DNA from: the human T2T-CHM13v2.0 reference genome, Homo sapiens
Assembly: GCF_009914755.1 (NCBI RefSeq)
Contig: NC_060930.1
DNA: 64,000 nt
Reading direction: 5' to 3' (one strand)
Numbering within the stretch: position 1 is the first letter of the stretch; each line of letters begins with the position of its first letter. The position numbers were made by a program, and so were the translations under genes. Of the stretch, positions 42,030 to 58,924 are shown in pieces. The notes under the pieces were generated by a model. The model ran no database searches. It was not told the DNA's origin and saw nothing but the letters and a program-made list of their open reading frames with translations.

Positions 42030-42215
42030 TGATTATGTGCCAGGCACCATTATAAGTGCTTTACATTTATGAGATGATTTGACCTTACAAAATCTCTGTG
42101 AAGTAAGTGCTGTTATTATCCTCTTTTTACAGGTAAGGAAACTGAGGCTTAGAGGAGTTATGAAATTGCCCAAGGTTTCACAGCTGAAATGTATAAGGAC
42201 CTGGACTTGCAAATT
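42030..42215 (-). mobile_element. MIR
   Basis: ttttacaggtaaggaaactgaggcttagag..ttgcccaaggtttcacagct core. Confidence 0.85.
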
Positions 42216-44847
42216 TGGCACAAAGTTCTTCTAATAAGAGGCCATAAAATAACCAAATGATTTTTTATGTGCCTATAGAACCAAAAGAACTATTTCAGAA
42301 TGTCAGCTGAAAAGCACGATATTCCAGATAGGTAAGAAAGTCAAAGCTCAGGAGAATTAAAGTTCTGTGGACTATCAACTTTCCTCAATTTTCCTTCTCT
42401 TCTAGGGGCTTCTTTACTCCTAGAATAGAAAAGCTTGGAGAATCCGTAGGAAGTTAAAGACAAAGTCAATATCTCCTGTTGAAAGTCAGGGTGAAATCAT
42501 ATATCTTATGTATTGTTAATTCTTCCCACAGAGGTATTTTAGAATAAGTCCCGTCTAATTGCATGGTAAATAGCACCTTGTTTATCCCAATGGGAAATGA
42601 GTTGGAGCATCCAACCCTCACACCCTTAGTTTAAATTATTTCTCTTCGTAAAGTCATAAGACATATGCTATGGTTTGAGTCTGCCCAGCAGCTGTCTATA
42701 TGTTGGACATGTGCATTTGTTGTTAACCTCCTCTTGTTAACTTTTTTTTTGGCATAAGTAGTAGTTTCGTTGTTCATAGTGCAATAGCAATTAACATAAT
42801 TGCAGATATGCTTCAAGATTTTCAAGATGAATGGCTCTATTTCCACTCAATTGGACAATAGCTTCCGCATTCTGGATAAAGCTCTGCCTCACAATAGTTT
42901 TGTGTGAAAGGAAAGAGAAAGAGTCAGGGTAGAGATAGGAACATTTTCAATGTATTCAAATACCATTGAGGTATGGTGCGTACGTAAATATATATATGTG
43001 TGTATATATATATGCATATATACATACATGTACTAAATTTGCATTTGACTAAATACAATCACTGTAACTGCTTTCATTATATTGTCTTGTCCCCTTCTAT
43101 CCTCAACCAGTATAAAATACTTGATATCCATCAGGTTGATTGGAAAGGGAAGGCTATGGTTGACAATACATATTCATAAGTTGTGGACTTACTTTATTGA
43201 ATAATCAATTTTGGAAAATAATAGCACAAAAATCAGCACATAGGCAACAAATGTGAAAAATGCCTGGTAACAGCCTGTGTTGCAGAATTTCTGTCTTGGC
43301 CAAAATTTATAGTCAAAATGAGGAAGACATAAAAGAAGAAATATTTTTGGATCTCAGACATAGATCATGAGGGAGAGAGGAAGAGCAAGCAGTCTTTAGA
43401 CAAGACAAAAAGTAATGAAAAAGTATTTCTAGTTCAACAGTATTTGGGGGAGTTAAGCTTGGGAAACATTTCTGATGGACTAGCATTTGGGATGCCAAGC
43501 AATCAACAAGGGGTAATCTGGGGAGGCCATTTCATCCTTCATTCCATTGGAGGCAAAATCGTGTTGATGTATAAATGTACCTCCTGGTTTCCAATTGTTC
43601 TCACTCAGCAATGAGGCATGAAGCCTGAGAAACCACAGATATTTGGATCTAAGAAGGTATTTTATTTCCCCTCTCCAGAGTGGAAAATACACAAGGGCAC
43701 TTTATCTTAGTCCTGTGAGTTCTCATAAACCTATAACCCTCTTCCTCTGAGCTTCATGCTCTTTAACTTGATCTGTACATAATTCTATTACCTAAAGTGC
43801 CCTTGGTATACACATCCTAGACCAGGTGGAAGATGGGGTCTCTTTCTTCCTCACAGATTTCACATCTTGCCCTTCTAGCCTTTCAGGTGCCAAAAACAGA
43901 TTATCTTAAAGTGAAGCAGCAGCATAGTTGGACTTTAGCCTCCATATGCTTTAATTTTCTTATCGAAAAGGAGGAAAATTGATTTTTCCTTGCCATACAC
44001 ACACACTTACATACCCCCTTTTTCTCCCCCAAAATCTCCACATCATCTGAATTCTTTAATTCCCAAGACTGAATCAATCCCAATATCGTCTATCAGGGAA
44101 AAAGCGAGACAGAGCAATGAATTCAGGGCTTCCCGGAGTGGTTTTTACTTTCCCAAATCCTTAGAGACTTCCCTCTAAAATTTTTTTCCCAGCTGTACTT
44201 GGAAGCTATAACAGATCCAGAGGCCATTTTAGAACCTCATTTATATTGTCCTGACACTTAGGAATCCAGTTTCTGTTATAGGGATGTCATCAAAGTTGGT
44301 GGGCTCAAAATATGACCTACTTTTTAAAACCCATCTGTTAGGAGCCTATAGATTTTCTTGGTTTGTTTGTTTCTGACTGTCTACAGAAAGGGCAACAGCA
44401 ACATTCTCACTTTCCAAGCCTACCTCCCAAATAGCAATAAACTAAATACTCACCATGAAGGAGCTGAATGCCTTTCAAATATGCAGCAGGCACAAAGCAA
44501 ACAAACAAACAAATAAACAACAGTGATACTCCTTAATCTGGAGAAAAAAGGATGAGAGCAGGAAGTACCGTTCAGGTTAATTAATGCACATCTAGACTAT
44601 TTTAATTTAAAAACTTACTCTGGACCAGATAGAACCAGTTAGCTTGCCACGCCTTTGCCACTGTGTGGTCATGATGTTACGATTCTCTGTAACAATGAGG
44701 CTTTTAATACCACACATCTAACAAAGAGGGATTTGGGAACTGCAAGTTGAAGCTGATGAATTCTTTAACATAAATCACTATTACCCATGGATTGGTGAGT
44801 TGATCTTCAATGTACCCTTTCATTGATTTTACCCTAGCTAGATGGCT

Positions 44848-44849
<2 letters not shown>

Positions 44850-44902
<53 letters not shown>
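44850..44902. repeat. (AC)n microsatellite, ~26 units
   Basis: Direct observation. Confidence 0.97.
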
Positions 44903-44905
<3 letters not shown>

Positions 44906-46256
44906 GAAATCTCTAAATTTCCCCCAAAGTCTATCATTCCTGGATTAGAATAAAGCTACAAATAGGGATGGTGGAAAAAGAGAGAGAAAGAAGTGAGGGA
45001 GGAGGAAGGAGGGAGGGGAATGGTGGGGAACAGGGAAAGTGGAAAAGAAGAATAGGACATTCATATATACTGGCTGTTTAGCTAAATTGTTTATCTACCT
45101 AAAATACACATTGCACATTTTTTATCATTTAATTTTACATCATGCTGACCTCGACCAAACTTTGGTTACTGAGTTACTGATTCAGAAGTAAATTGTAATA
45201 TGAGTGAGGATCCTATTTTAGAGTCTTTTAATTAAAGTCCAGCTTCCTCATGTCCATGCCTCCCATCTCCAATTCTGTAAAGAATCTTCTTTCCCTATTA
45301 CTGACCCTGCCCTTCACTCTACTCCTGCCAGTTTTGTGCTCAAAACCTGTCAGTGGCTCTGCCTGGCCCACTGGAAAAGTTCTGAGTTAATAGCCTCATG
45401 TACAAGGCCCTCTGCCACCTGACTCAAAGCTTCAATTTTAAACATATTTACTATGCTTTGATTTGAATGCTCACAAAATAGCTCTTCCACTTCTGGAATT
45501 ATATTATAATTTAAGTGAGAAGAATAAAACAGGAGAGGAATAAGAAGTAAAAGGTAGACTCTGTACTAGAAAAGCAAACATTTTTCAACAAATCCCTAAA
45601 ACACACCAATTGATATCTTATTGGCCTGAAGTGTTCATGTAGTTACAAATAGCTGCAAGGAACTCTGGGAACAAATAATTCCCCAAAGAAAACTGAGGTT
45701 CTGATAGTAAGGAAGAAAGGAAGAATGGTTATTGGGTAAACAACCTTCAATGTGTACCCAAAAGCCCAAAGCCAGTAGTGGAAGGAGGTTACAAGATATT
45801 TTGGTAACAAATTATACAAATACATCTGCTGTGCAGGGCTAAGCTCTACATAGTAGCCTATGAATTTACACAGGCTTTTGTTATAACAAGTCAACTTTAG
45901 GCAGATGGGATATAAAATATCCCAAATTATTACATCCATATATAAATACTTTTATAATTATTTTGCTCTAATTTCTGAGTTCTGAGACCAAGTCATGAAT
46001 TGCTAACAAACAGAATGTGATATAATGAATAAGTTATAATAACACTGACAACTCAACTATTCTTTTGAATTAAAAGATCTTAGTCCCGGGATAATAATAA
46101 ATACCAAAATTATCCGATATTTTAGCAAACAGCTTGAGCACAGGCACATTAAGGTGGCTGATATTTTTGTGCTGAATCAAGCAAAAATTACATAAATATT
46201 TACCCAGTCTCATAGCCTGAAGGGAATGGATCATGATTAAAATAAATCAGTCTCTT

Positions 46257-46563
46257 GGCCAGACATGGTGGCTCACGCCTGCAATCCCAACACTTTGGGA
46301 GGCTGAGGTGGTCAGATCACCTGAACTCAGGAGTTCGAGACCAGCCTGGCCAACATGGGGAAGCCCCATCTCTACCAAAAAAAAAAAAAAATACAAAAAT
46401 TACCCAGGCATGATGGTGGGCACATGTAATCCCAGCTACTAGGGAGGCTGAGGCAAGAGAATTGCTTGAACCTTGGAGGTGGAGGTTGCAGTGACTTGAG
46501 ATTGTGTCACCACACTGCAGCCTAGGCAATAATGTGAGACTCTGTCAAAAAAAAAAAAAAAAA
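46257..46563 (+). mobile_element. AluS SINE whose poly(A) tail runs directly into a full-length L1
   Basis: Full Alu dimer; A run 46547-46563 abuts the L1 5' end. Confidence 0.93.
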
Positions 46564-47591
46564 GGTGGAGCCAAGATGGCCGAATAGGAACAGCTCCAGT
46601 CTACAGCTCCAAGCATGAGTGACACAGAAGACAGGTGATTTCTACATTTCCAACTGAGGTACCAAGTTCATCTCGCTGGGAAGTGTTGGAAAGTGGGTGC
46701 AGGACAGTGGGTGCAGTGCATCGAGTGAGAGCTGAAGCAGGATGAGGCATCGCCTCACCTGGGAAGCACAAGGGGTCAGGGAATTCCCTTTCCTAGTCAA
46801 AGAAAGGGGTGACAGACAGCACCTGAAAAATCGGGTCACTCCCACCCTAATACTGCGCTTTTCCAACAGTCTTAGCAAACGGCACACCAGAAGATTATAT
46901 CCCAAGCCTGGCTCAGAAGGTCCTATGCCCATGGAGCCTCAATCATTGCTAGCACAACAGTCTGAGATCAAACTGCAAGGTGGCAGCAAGGCTGGGGGAG
47001 GGGCGCCCGCCATTGCCGAGGCTTGAGTAAGTAAACAAAGCAGCCTGGAAGCTTGAACTGGGTGGAGTCCACCACAGCTCAAGGAGGCCTGCCTGCCTTC
47101 CTCTGTAGACTCCACCTCTGGTGAGAGGGCATAGCCAAACAAAAGGCAGCAGAATCCTCTGTAGACTTAAATGTCCCCGTCTGACAGCTTTGAAGAGAGT
47201 AGTGGTTCTCCCAGCACGCAGCTGGAGATCTGAGAATGGACAGAATGCCTCCTCAAGTGGGTCCCTGATCCCCGAGTAGCCTAACTGGGAGGAACCCCCC
47301 AGAAGGGACAGACTGACACCTCACACAGCCGGGTACTCCTCTGAGACAAAACTTCCAGAGGAATGATCAGGCAGCAACATTTGCTGCTCACTCATATCTG
47401 CTGTTCTACAGCCACCACTGCTGATACCCAGGCAAACAGGTCTGGAGTGGACCTCCAGCAAACTCCAACAGACCTGCAGCTGAGGGTCCTGACTGTTAGA
47501 AGGAAAACTAATAAACAGAAAGGACATCCACACCAAAAACCCATTTGTACGTCACCATCATCAAAGACCAAAGGTAGATAAAACCGCAAAG
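46564..47591 (+). promoter_or_regulatory. L1 5'UTR: internal sense promoter with YY1 site, and antisense promoter
   Basis: YY1 motif ccaagatggcc at 46571-46581 intact; CpGs largely decayed. Confidence 0.8.
46800..47013 (-). pseudogene. L1 ORF0 remnant with premature stop
   Basis: MAGAPPPALLPPCSLISDCCASND* from ATG at 47013; homology continues in frame after the stop (GPSEPG..RVGVTRF). Confidence 0.8.
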
Positions 47592-48622
47592 ATGGGGAAA
47601 AAACAGAGCAGAAAAACTGGAAACTCTAAAAATCAGAGCACCTCTCCTCCTCCAAAGGAACACAGCTCCTCACCAGCAATGGAACAAAGCTGGATGGAGA
47701 ATGACTTTGACGAGTTGAGAGAAGAAGGCTTCAGATGATCAAACTACTCTGAGCTAAAGGAGGAAGTTTGAACCCATGGCAAAGAAGATAAAAACCTTGA
47801 AAAAAAAATTAGACAAATGGCTAACTAGAATAACCAATGCAGAGAAGTCATTAAAGGACCTGATGGAGTGGAAAACCATGGCAAAAGAACTACATGATGA
47901 AAGCACAAGCCTCAGTAGCCAATTCGATCAACTGGAAGAAACAGTATCAGTGATGGAAGATCAAATGAATGAAATGAAGTGAGAAGAGAATTTTAGAGAA
48001 AAAAGAATAAAAAGAAATGAACAAAGCCTCCAAGAAATATGGGACTATGTGAAAAGACCAAATCTACGTCTGATTGGTGTACCTGAAAGTGATGGGGAGA
48101 ATTGAACCACTCTGCAGGTTCAGTTGGAAAACACTCTGCAGGATATTATCCAGGAGAACTTCCCCAATCTAGCAAGGCAGGCCAACATTCAGATTCAGGA
48201 AATACAGAGAATGCCACAGAGATACTCCTTGAGAAGAGCAACTCCAAGACACATAATTGTCAGATTCACCAAAGTTGAAATGAAGGAAAAAATGTTAAGG
48301 GCAGCCAGAGAGAAAGGTCAGGTTATCCACAAAGGGAAGCCCATCAGACTAACAGCTGATCTCTCGGCAGAAACTCTACAAGCCAGAATAGAGTGGGGGC
48401 CAATATTCAACATTCTTAAAGAAAAGAATTTTCAACCCAGAATTTCATATCCAGCCAAACAAAGCTTCATAAGTGAAGGAGAAATAAAATCCTTTAGAGA
48501 CAAGCAAATGCTGAGAGATTTTGTCACCACCAGGCCTGCCCTAAAAGAGCTCCTGAAGGAAAGCACTAAACGTGGAAAGGAACAAATGGTACCAGCCACT
48601 GCAAAAACATGCCAAATTGTAA
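47592..48622 (+). pseudogene. L1 ORF1p, disrupted by stops and frameshifts
   Basis: ATG gggaaaaaacag at 47592; ENTLQDIIQENFPNLARQ..RISYPAK fragments; in-frame stops. Confidence 0.92.
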
Positions 48623-48685
48623 AGACTATCAAGGCTAGGAAGAAACTGCATCAACTAACGAGCAAAATAACCAGCTAACATCATC

Positions 48686-52500
<3,815 letters not shown>

Positions 52501-55033
52501 ACAATGAGAACACATGGACACAGGAAGGGGAACATCACACACCGGGGCCTGTTGTGGGGTGAGGGGAGGTGGGAGGGATAGCATTAGGAGATATACCTAA
52601 TGTTAAATAATGAGTTAATGGGTGCAGCACACCAGCATGGCACATGTATAGATATGTAACTAACCTGCACGTTGTGCACATGTACCCTAAAACTTAAAGT
52701 ATGATAAAAAAAGGAAAAAAATATATAATTCGATTTAAAAATGAAAAAAAGTCTATATATGAGAAATTGCATTAAATTTGAAAATAAATGCAAGTACGAT
52801 ATGTATACTGGCTATACTTGCACTATCGACTTGCAAGTATGTCAATTTAAGATAGATCAAGTCTAGAAGTGAGTATGGGCAGGAGTAATTAATTATCTTT
52901 GTGATCTAGACTGTAAGCCTGTAGTGAGTCACATTCTTTATGTCTAAGAACTGTGACTGGTACATAATGCTGAACTGTTGGCTGTAAAATAAAATGAAGT
53001 TTTATCATAACCATATTGGCCTATGGTGGAAGTATTCCTGAAAGGAACCAAGGAGAAGTCACTTCTGGGTTTTGCACCAACAGAGAAACTTCCTATCCTT
53101 CTTCCTCTGTGTTACCAGTGTCTGCTGATTTCAGCCGGTCTTCTCACTTTTTGATACTCTTAGTTTTGGCTTCCACACTATATTTGCTTTTAAAATGTAA
53201 ACTCCCAGAGGTCTGTGTTCTTGCTTTAATTTTAGCAAGCTCTAAGCCAACAACAAAGTGTTCTATGCCCAAATCTGAAAAAGCCCAGGCACAGTCCAAG
53301 CACTCAGCCTTCCAAAGTATACTTTGCAACTGACTTGCTGTGTTGGCATCAGGCAATTCATCTCTCTCCTTCCATTCATTCATTGCTAAATAGTAATAAT
53401 AGTCATCCTCACTTACAGCAGTGTTTCCTTTGTCATTAAATATTTACTAAGCATCCACTGCATGACACAAACTTGGAGCTATACAGGCTAAACCAGCCAG
53501 ATGCTGTCCTTGGCTTCAGAGAGCTTTTATGATACAAAAGACAGGTGGAGGCTGGGCACACAAGTACAGGTTAAGAGTATGCAAACTTGTGTATATGTGC
53601 ACGTGTGTGTGTCCAAGGAACAAAGGATTGAACCACAGCCCATTTGCTATTTTTTTTACTACGTGTGTTAGCCTTGATTTTAGGTTATCTTTGGCCATGA
53701 ATAAATGGAAATATATGAATTTCAAAAGCATTGAACTTCACACTAGAGAGTAACCAGATTCTACTTCTTTTTCTGTTTTCACAAAGGGCATTCACTAGCA
53801 TATGCCTAAAGGTACTCACATAGCAGGTACACAATATGACCCCACAGAAGAATAATGAGCAACTAAACATTGACAGTAACAATGAGACTGTGGCCAATGA
53901 GATCACACCATGCAATGAGATAGGTTGGTGTTACCTAAGTGCATAATACCACTATGACATTATTCTTTATGGTAGAGGTCAACATAAGACTGAATTGCAA
54001 TGGTTATTTCTGCTAAGAAAATACTTTCTCTGGACAAAAGAGGGCATTTGGAGAAATGGGAACCAAGAGGGTATAGAATGGAAATTATGCTGTGTTAATA
54101 TGTCTCCAGCTATGAAGCCCCAGCCATTCCTATTAACCTTGTGTCAATTTGTATTATTTAGAGACAGTCAATTATGTGAGGTACATTATAATTTTTTTAA
54201 GCCAGCAATAGTTGGAGGTTGTCATCTGGAACCTAGCTGTGTTTCCTTTGTTTGCTTAATCTATGCTTTTGGTCTTTCTGAAAGATGAAAGTCTGTCATT
54301 TTAGCCTCAATGCCTCATAATATGTATGTTAAACTCACCACTGCCTCATTATTTATTAATGTCAATTTATCATACTTCAGTAGAGGATGGAGGCCGAAGC
54401 CACAACAGTGACAGATGTTCCAGAAGATCAGCTTATATAATGAGAATTTGGGCCAAATCTGTTGAAAGTGGTGTTTTTTAAAAAAACACACTGACTTCAA
54501 AGAAATGAGTTGTGGCATCTGTAACATCTACAGGAGCAGTGCCAATGGAGGCTAGCGGGTCTGCAGAGGAGCAGCTCAAGTCATGCGATTACTGGAGCTT
54601 GCAGCAAAATGACTGGAACAACATCTGGGCTGCAGCAAGCTGGCCAGGACATTTTAAAAGAGCTCCTGTGGTGCCTCCAACTTTGATTTTACAGAGCTGC
54701 GGGGAAAGAAACAGGCCGTGTTCAAGAGCTCATGTGTTTTGCCTCACATGTTTTGTCCTTGCTCACTGTGAAGGGCCTCACTCAGCTGGGGACCCTGAGG
54801 GACACTCTTGGGCAGTCATTCTCTGTCTACTCTGCTAGCTCTGTAGGTTTGTGCTAGGGTCTGGGCAGGCAATCCCCGCAAAGGGTATAAAATAAGAAAT
54901 ACCTTGCACTAATTCTTAAAATTTACACTTATTCTTTCTCAGCAAGAAACTCTCAAAGGATGCATTTGTGCAAGAAGTTGACACTGATCAGTTAGTTGGT
55001 TTTGGATAATATGCTAGTTGGAAACAAAATAGG

Positions 55034-55090
55034 ATGTGTATGTGTGTGTACATCTGTGTGTGTGTGTATGTGTGTGTGTGTGTGTGTATG
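55034..55090. repeat. (TG)n-rich microsatellite
   Basis: Direct observation. Confidence 0.9.
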
Positions 55091-55429
55091 CATGGTGAGG
55101 GAGTGAGGAAATTATGTTCTACAACTGAGAATTAAGAATATCCATTCCCAGTACCCCAGTATGATTCTCAGTATCACAACATCACAGTGTTTAAAAGCAC
55201 TTTTTCCCTGTCCTCTCTAGAATATTCATTTATTGAACAAATATTATTGTGAACCTAACATGTGTGTGACATATAGTAGAGAGGATCCTGGACAGAGACC
55301 ACCTGGGACTGAATCCCAGCCTTGTAGCCCACCAGTTTCATGAGCTTCTACTACCGAGATGCTTTGGAAAACATTTATAAGATGCTTTGGAAACCCTGAA
55401 GTTCCATAACATAACACAGGAGGTGGGAC

Positions 55430-55685
55430 AGCAGAGTGATGAAAAGCATGGTCCCTGGAGCCAGGATCCTTGGGTGCAAATCTTGACTTTGACACTTACA
55501 GGCTGAGTGACTTTGGTCACATTATTTAATCTCTCTTTATTACTCAGTGTTCATGTCTATAAGATGGGGTGATAATAATAGCATATATTACAGAGGCTTG
55601 TTGGTAGGAGCAAATGTGTTAATATATAAGATATCTTTAGAATTTTACTTGGCACATACAAACCATTATTAAGTATTTGATCCAT
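55430..55685 (+). mobile_element. MIR, near full length
   Basis: ctggagccag..gggtgcaaatcttg..gtgactttgg..ttatttaatctctct..ataataatag. Confidence 0.75.
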
Positions 55686-57377
55686 TAAAACTCTCTCTCT
55701 CTCTCCTGCCCCCATCCCTTCCCCCAAAGCCCATAGTGGCACATGTGTCAGAGCCCTTAGTTGAGGACTTAGTCAACTCACAACCTCAGATCATATGTAG
55801 GGAGGGATATGGGAAAAGAAATGACCTAAACCAGTAAGAAGGAGAATGAGAAAGCTCAGTTCTTTCTCTTTCCTCATTTCTAGTCATAGATGCTTAATGG
55901 CATTTGCAAATGCCTACCCAAATATGCCAGCAGCAAAAGGAATTTAAAAATAACTTAAATATGATATAATTTTCATGAGATATTGTATTTAATGCAATCT
56001 CCAAAAGTGACACTTATCCTGGTAGGACATTTTAGATTCAAGTGCTTCAAGAACTAACAGAATCATCCCAATGCGGAGGCCCCATAAATGATCACTTTGG
56101 GAAAAGCATTTTTTTTCTTTTTATAAACTCAGTAACAGCAGAAACAGATCATAGTCTCTAGAAGCCACAGTGATAATCTTTCCTATACAACCATTTTCAC
56201 TTCACGATGAAAGATGGTGTTGGGGCCCAGCAGATTTTTCTTGAAGTTTATAATGAGTCAACTACACAGACAAGAAGTCCAGCCTCCTCTTTGATATCTC
56301 CCTTTTTCCCCTTATCTAAGCCAACTCAGTGTTACTTTTTATTGGATTTCCATTACTTCAATGTTCTTCATGGAGCCTCAGTTCCTGTAATTATTACAGC
56401 TGATGGTAGTTTAGTACTTTGAACATAATTAATTAAATCACTGCATCACACAGGCCAGACATATTTCCATCAAAAGTTGCTATCTTGTCTTCCAGCTTAG
56501 TAACCTTGGCATAGTGCCTTCCTGGAAATCCTGGATTGCATCTAAAACCATGTGGCAGAGGGAGAAACAACAGACAGGACATCCTGAGAAGACTCAGGCT
56601 GGGACGAAAGCTCTGCTCTCCAGGGACAAAGCAGCAGGGGACCAGCCATGCTCAGAAATACTCCACTGGCCAGTGCACATTTTTTTGAGCAATTTCACTT
56701 GCTTCCTCACCACCTGTCCCCCTAACACTTCTATTAAAGTGGCAAATAAATCTGATACCCAATTTCAACTGCACTTTCTTTCCAAAATATATATAACACT
56801 AATACACCTGGTGTATTTACTGCTTATTATTAACCAATAATCATTTCCATGGAGTATGAAAGAAATTCCTCTTTTCTCCAACAATCCTCTAAAGATTGTC
56901 TTTATATGAGAACATATCCTGGGTCACAACCATTAACCATCTATAAAGAAAGACTCGATTTTTTCCTTTGACTGATGAAGTACTATATGGCTACTACAAT
57001 GAATATAAGGAAAGAAGTAAAGGATAGTAGCACTTACTAAATACCTATTATATATCAGTCCTATTCTGTGACTTCAAAGATCTTACATTCATATTGTTAA
57101 TCTAAGGCTAACAAGCTCACGGTAGTGGCTACCACTTTTAAAGCGCTTTCCAATGATCCTGCGTTCCATCTCTGTGTGCTTCTCTTTTCAGTCCTTACGT
57201 TTTAAACAAAAGATACTGTTTCGCTACCAGGTACAAAGTACACACAGGTACCAGATATCCTAATGCTCCTACTTCTCATTTTTCCAGTAATTCCTAGGTA
57301 AGACTACTTTTGCTAAAGTATTCAACAGAATAACATTACCTTCCCCAGTCATAGAGCTATTTCTCTGACTGATGCTT

Positions 57378-57766
57378 CATAACTCTGTCCAGTATGGTAG
57401 CCACCAGACACATGGCTACTGAGCACTTGAAGTGTGGCTAATGTAGCTGCAGAACTAGAGTTTTAAAATTTTGCTCAATCTTAATTAACATAAGTTTAAA
57501 TTTTAAACTGAAAGCAGTGTAAAAAGTGAAAATTCACTTACTGTTAGTGTAAAATAGAAACTGGAGCTCAAAGACTAAGTACAAAAACAGTAAAATCCTA
57601 CAGAATTAAGTTTTATATTAGTTACATGTTTAAATAATAATATTTAAGATACATTGGGTTAAATCAATTATTAAAATTAATTTTACTGTTTTTTCTTTTA
57701 ATGTGGCCAGTAGAAAATTTTAAATGGCATATGTGGCTCATCTTCTATTTCTATTGGGCAATGATG
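57378..57766. mobile_element. hAT-Charlie MITE (MER33/MER3-like)
   Basis: tgtccagtatggtagccac..cacatggctactgagcacttgaa..atatgtggctca..tatttctattgg. Confidence 0.75.
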
Positions 57767-58107
57767 CTCCAGAAAGAGAATTATAAAAAGAATAGAAAGA
57801 GTATTCTCTACACCCGGAATGTATAGGGTGAAGAATAGAGGGGGAAAAAGGAAAAAATACTAATTTAACCCAGCTAACTATATGAAAGAAAAATAATTTT
57901 ATCTGAGACTAAATCATGGACTCATTATTCCCCATAGGATTAATTTTCCATTCCATGTTCCTCATTAAATCTGACCTTGAGAAATCCTTCACTGGCCACT
58001 TCTGGGTGGTAAGATTGCCTTGTGTGATTCTGACTACTCAATGTCTGATCACAACTCACCCCTCTATCCTTTAGTAATCCAGTAGAAGGTTATAGAAGAT
58101 AAAATTT

Positions 58108-58140
58108 TATTCATTCATTCATTCATTCATTCATTCATTT
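58108..58140. repeat. (TTCA)n repeat
   Basis: Direct observation. Confidence 0.85.
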
Positions 58141-58861
58141 ATGTCTACATGATCTGAGGTCCATGTTTTTGGATAGCACAATTTGGCATGCAAATATAAT
58201 AAATAAATTGAGTTTCAAACATTTTTAAAAGTACTTAAATGGTATACTAAACACACAGCTTACAGCAATGGCATTAAATGTCCCGTATGTGATTTTTTTG
58301 GGGGGGTGCTTAATGAGATGAAAGGATCACACAAAATGTTTTTGTCAAAATGATTCTGTAAAGTGGGACTGTAGATCAAAGTTCACCACTGTCAAATATA
58401 CAACTTGAGAACAAACTAAAGTGCTGCTATTAATCATGGTTTCTGGGGATTTGATGACACAGATTAAACTGCTGTAAAGAATACTGCTGTGCATCGTGTT
58501 CTTGCAACTGTCATCAGCACTTCTGCCAAGTGTCCACAGATCATGAAGAAAAGCTGCCTAACCTCTACTGGAGGTATCTCTCTCACTGAGCTTAGTCAAG
58601 AATATGAATAGCAGGTTTAAGTTCATGACAATACCTCAAAGATACTGTATCTGCAAAGCCACTGCTTTCTTAGGGAAGAAAAGGCTTCATGAGTTTGAGA
58701 GGCAAAATGGAGGTGGAACATGAAGCAAGTAAACTGAGATCAGATACCACATGACTTTCATTTCTATCTAACTTTCAATCAGATAGACTTTCCATACATA
58801 TTCTGTAAAATATTTTAAATAATTTATAATGTGCCATATTTCAGAGGTCTGAGGCTATGTA

Positions 58862-58924
58862 ATTTTTTTTTTTTTTTTTGAGACAGAGTCTTGCTCTGTT
58901 GCCCAGGCTGGAGTGCAGTGGTGC
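58862..58924 (-). mobile_element. 3' end of an Alu cut by the HERV-W insertion
   Basis: T tail + gagacagagtcttgctctgttgcccaggctggagtgcagtggtgc, then an abrupt switch to LTR17. Confidence 0.9.

Noticed and set aside
53016-56840. Several ~100-aa ORFs in unique sequence (53016, 53995, 54512, 56514)
   Set aside because: Non-ATG starts, no recognisable domain, lengths expected by chance in 64 kb
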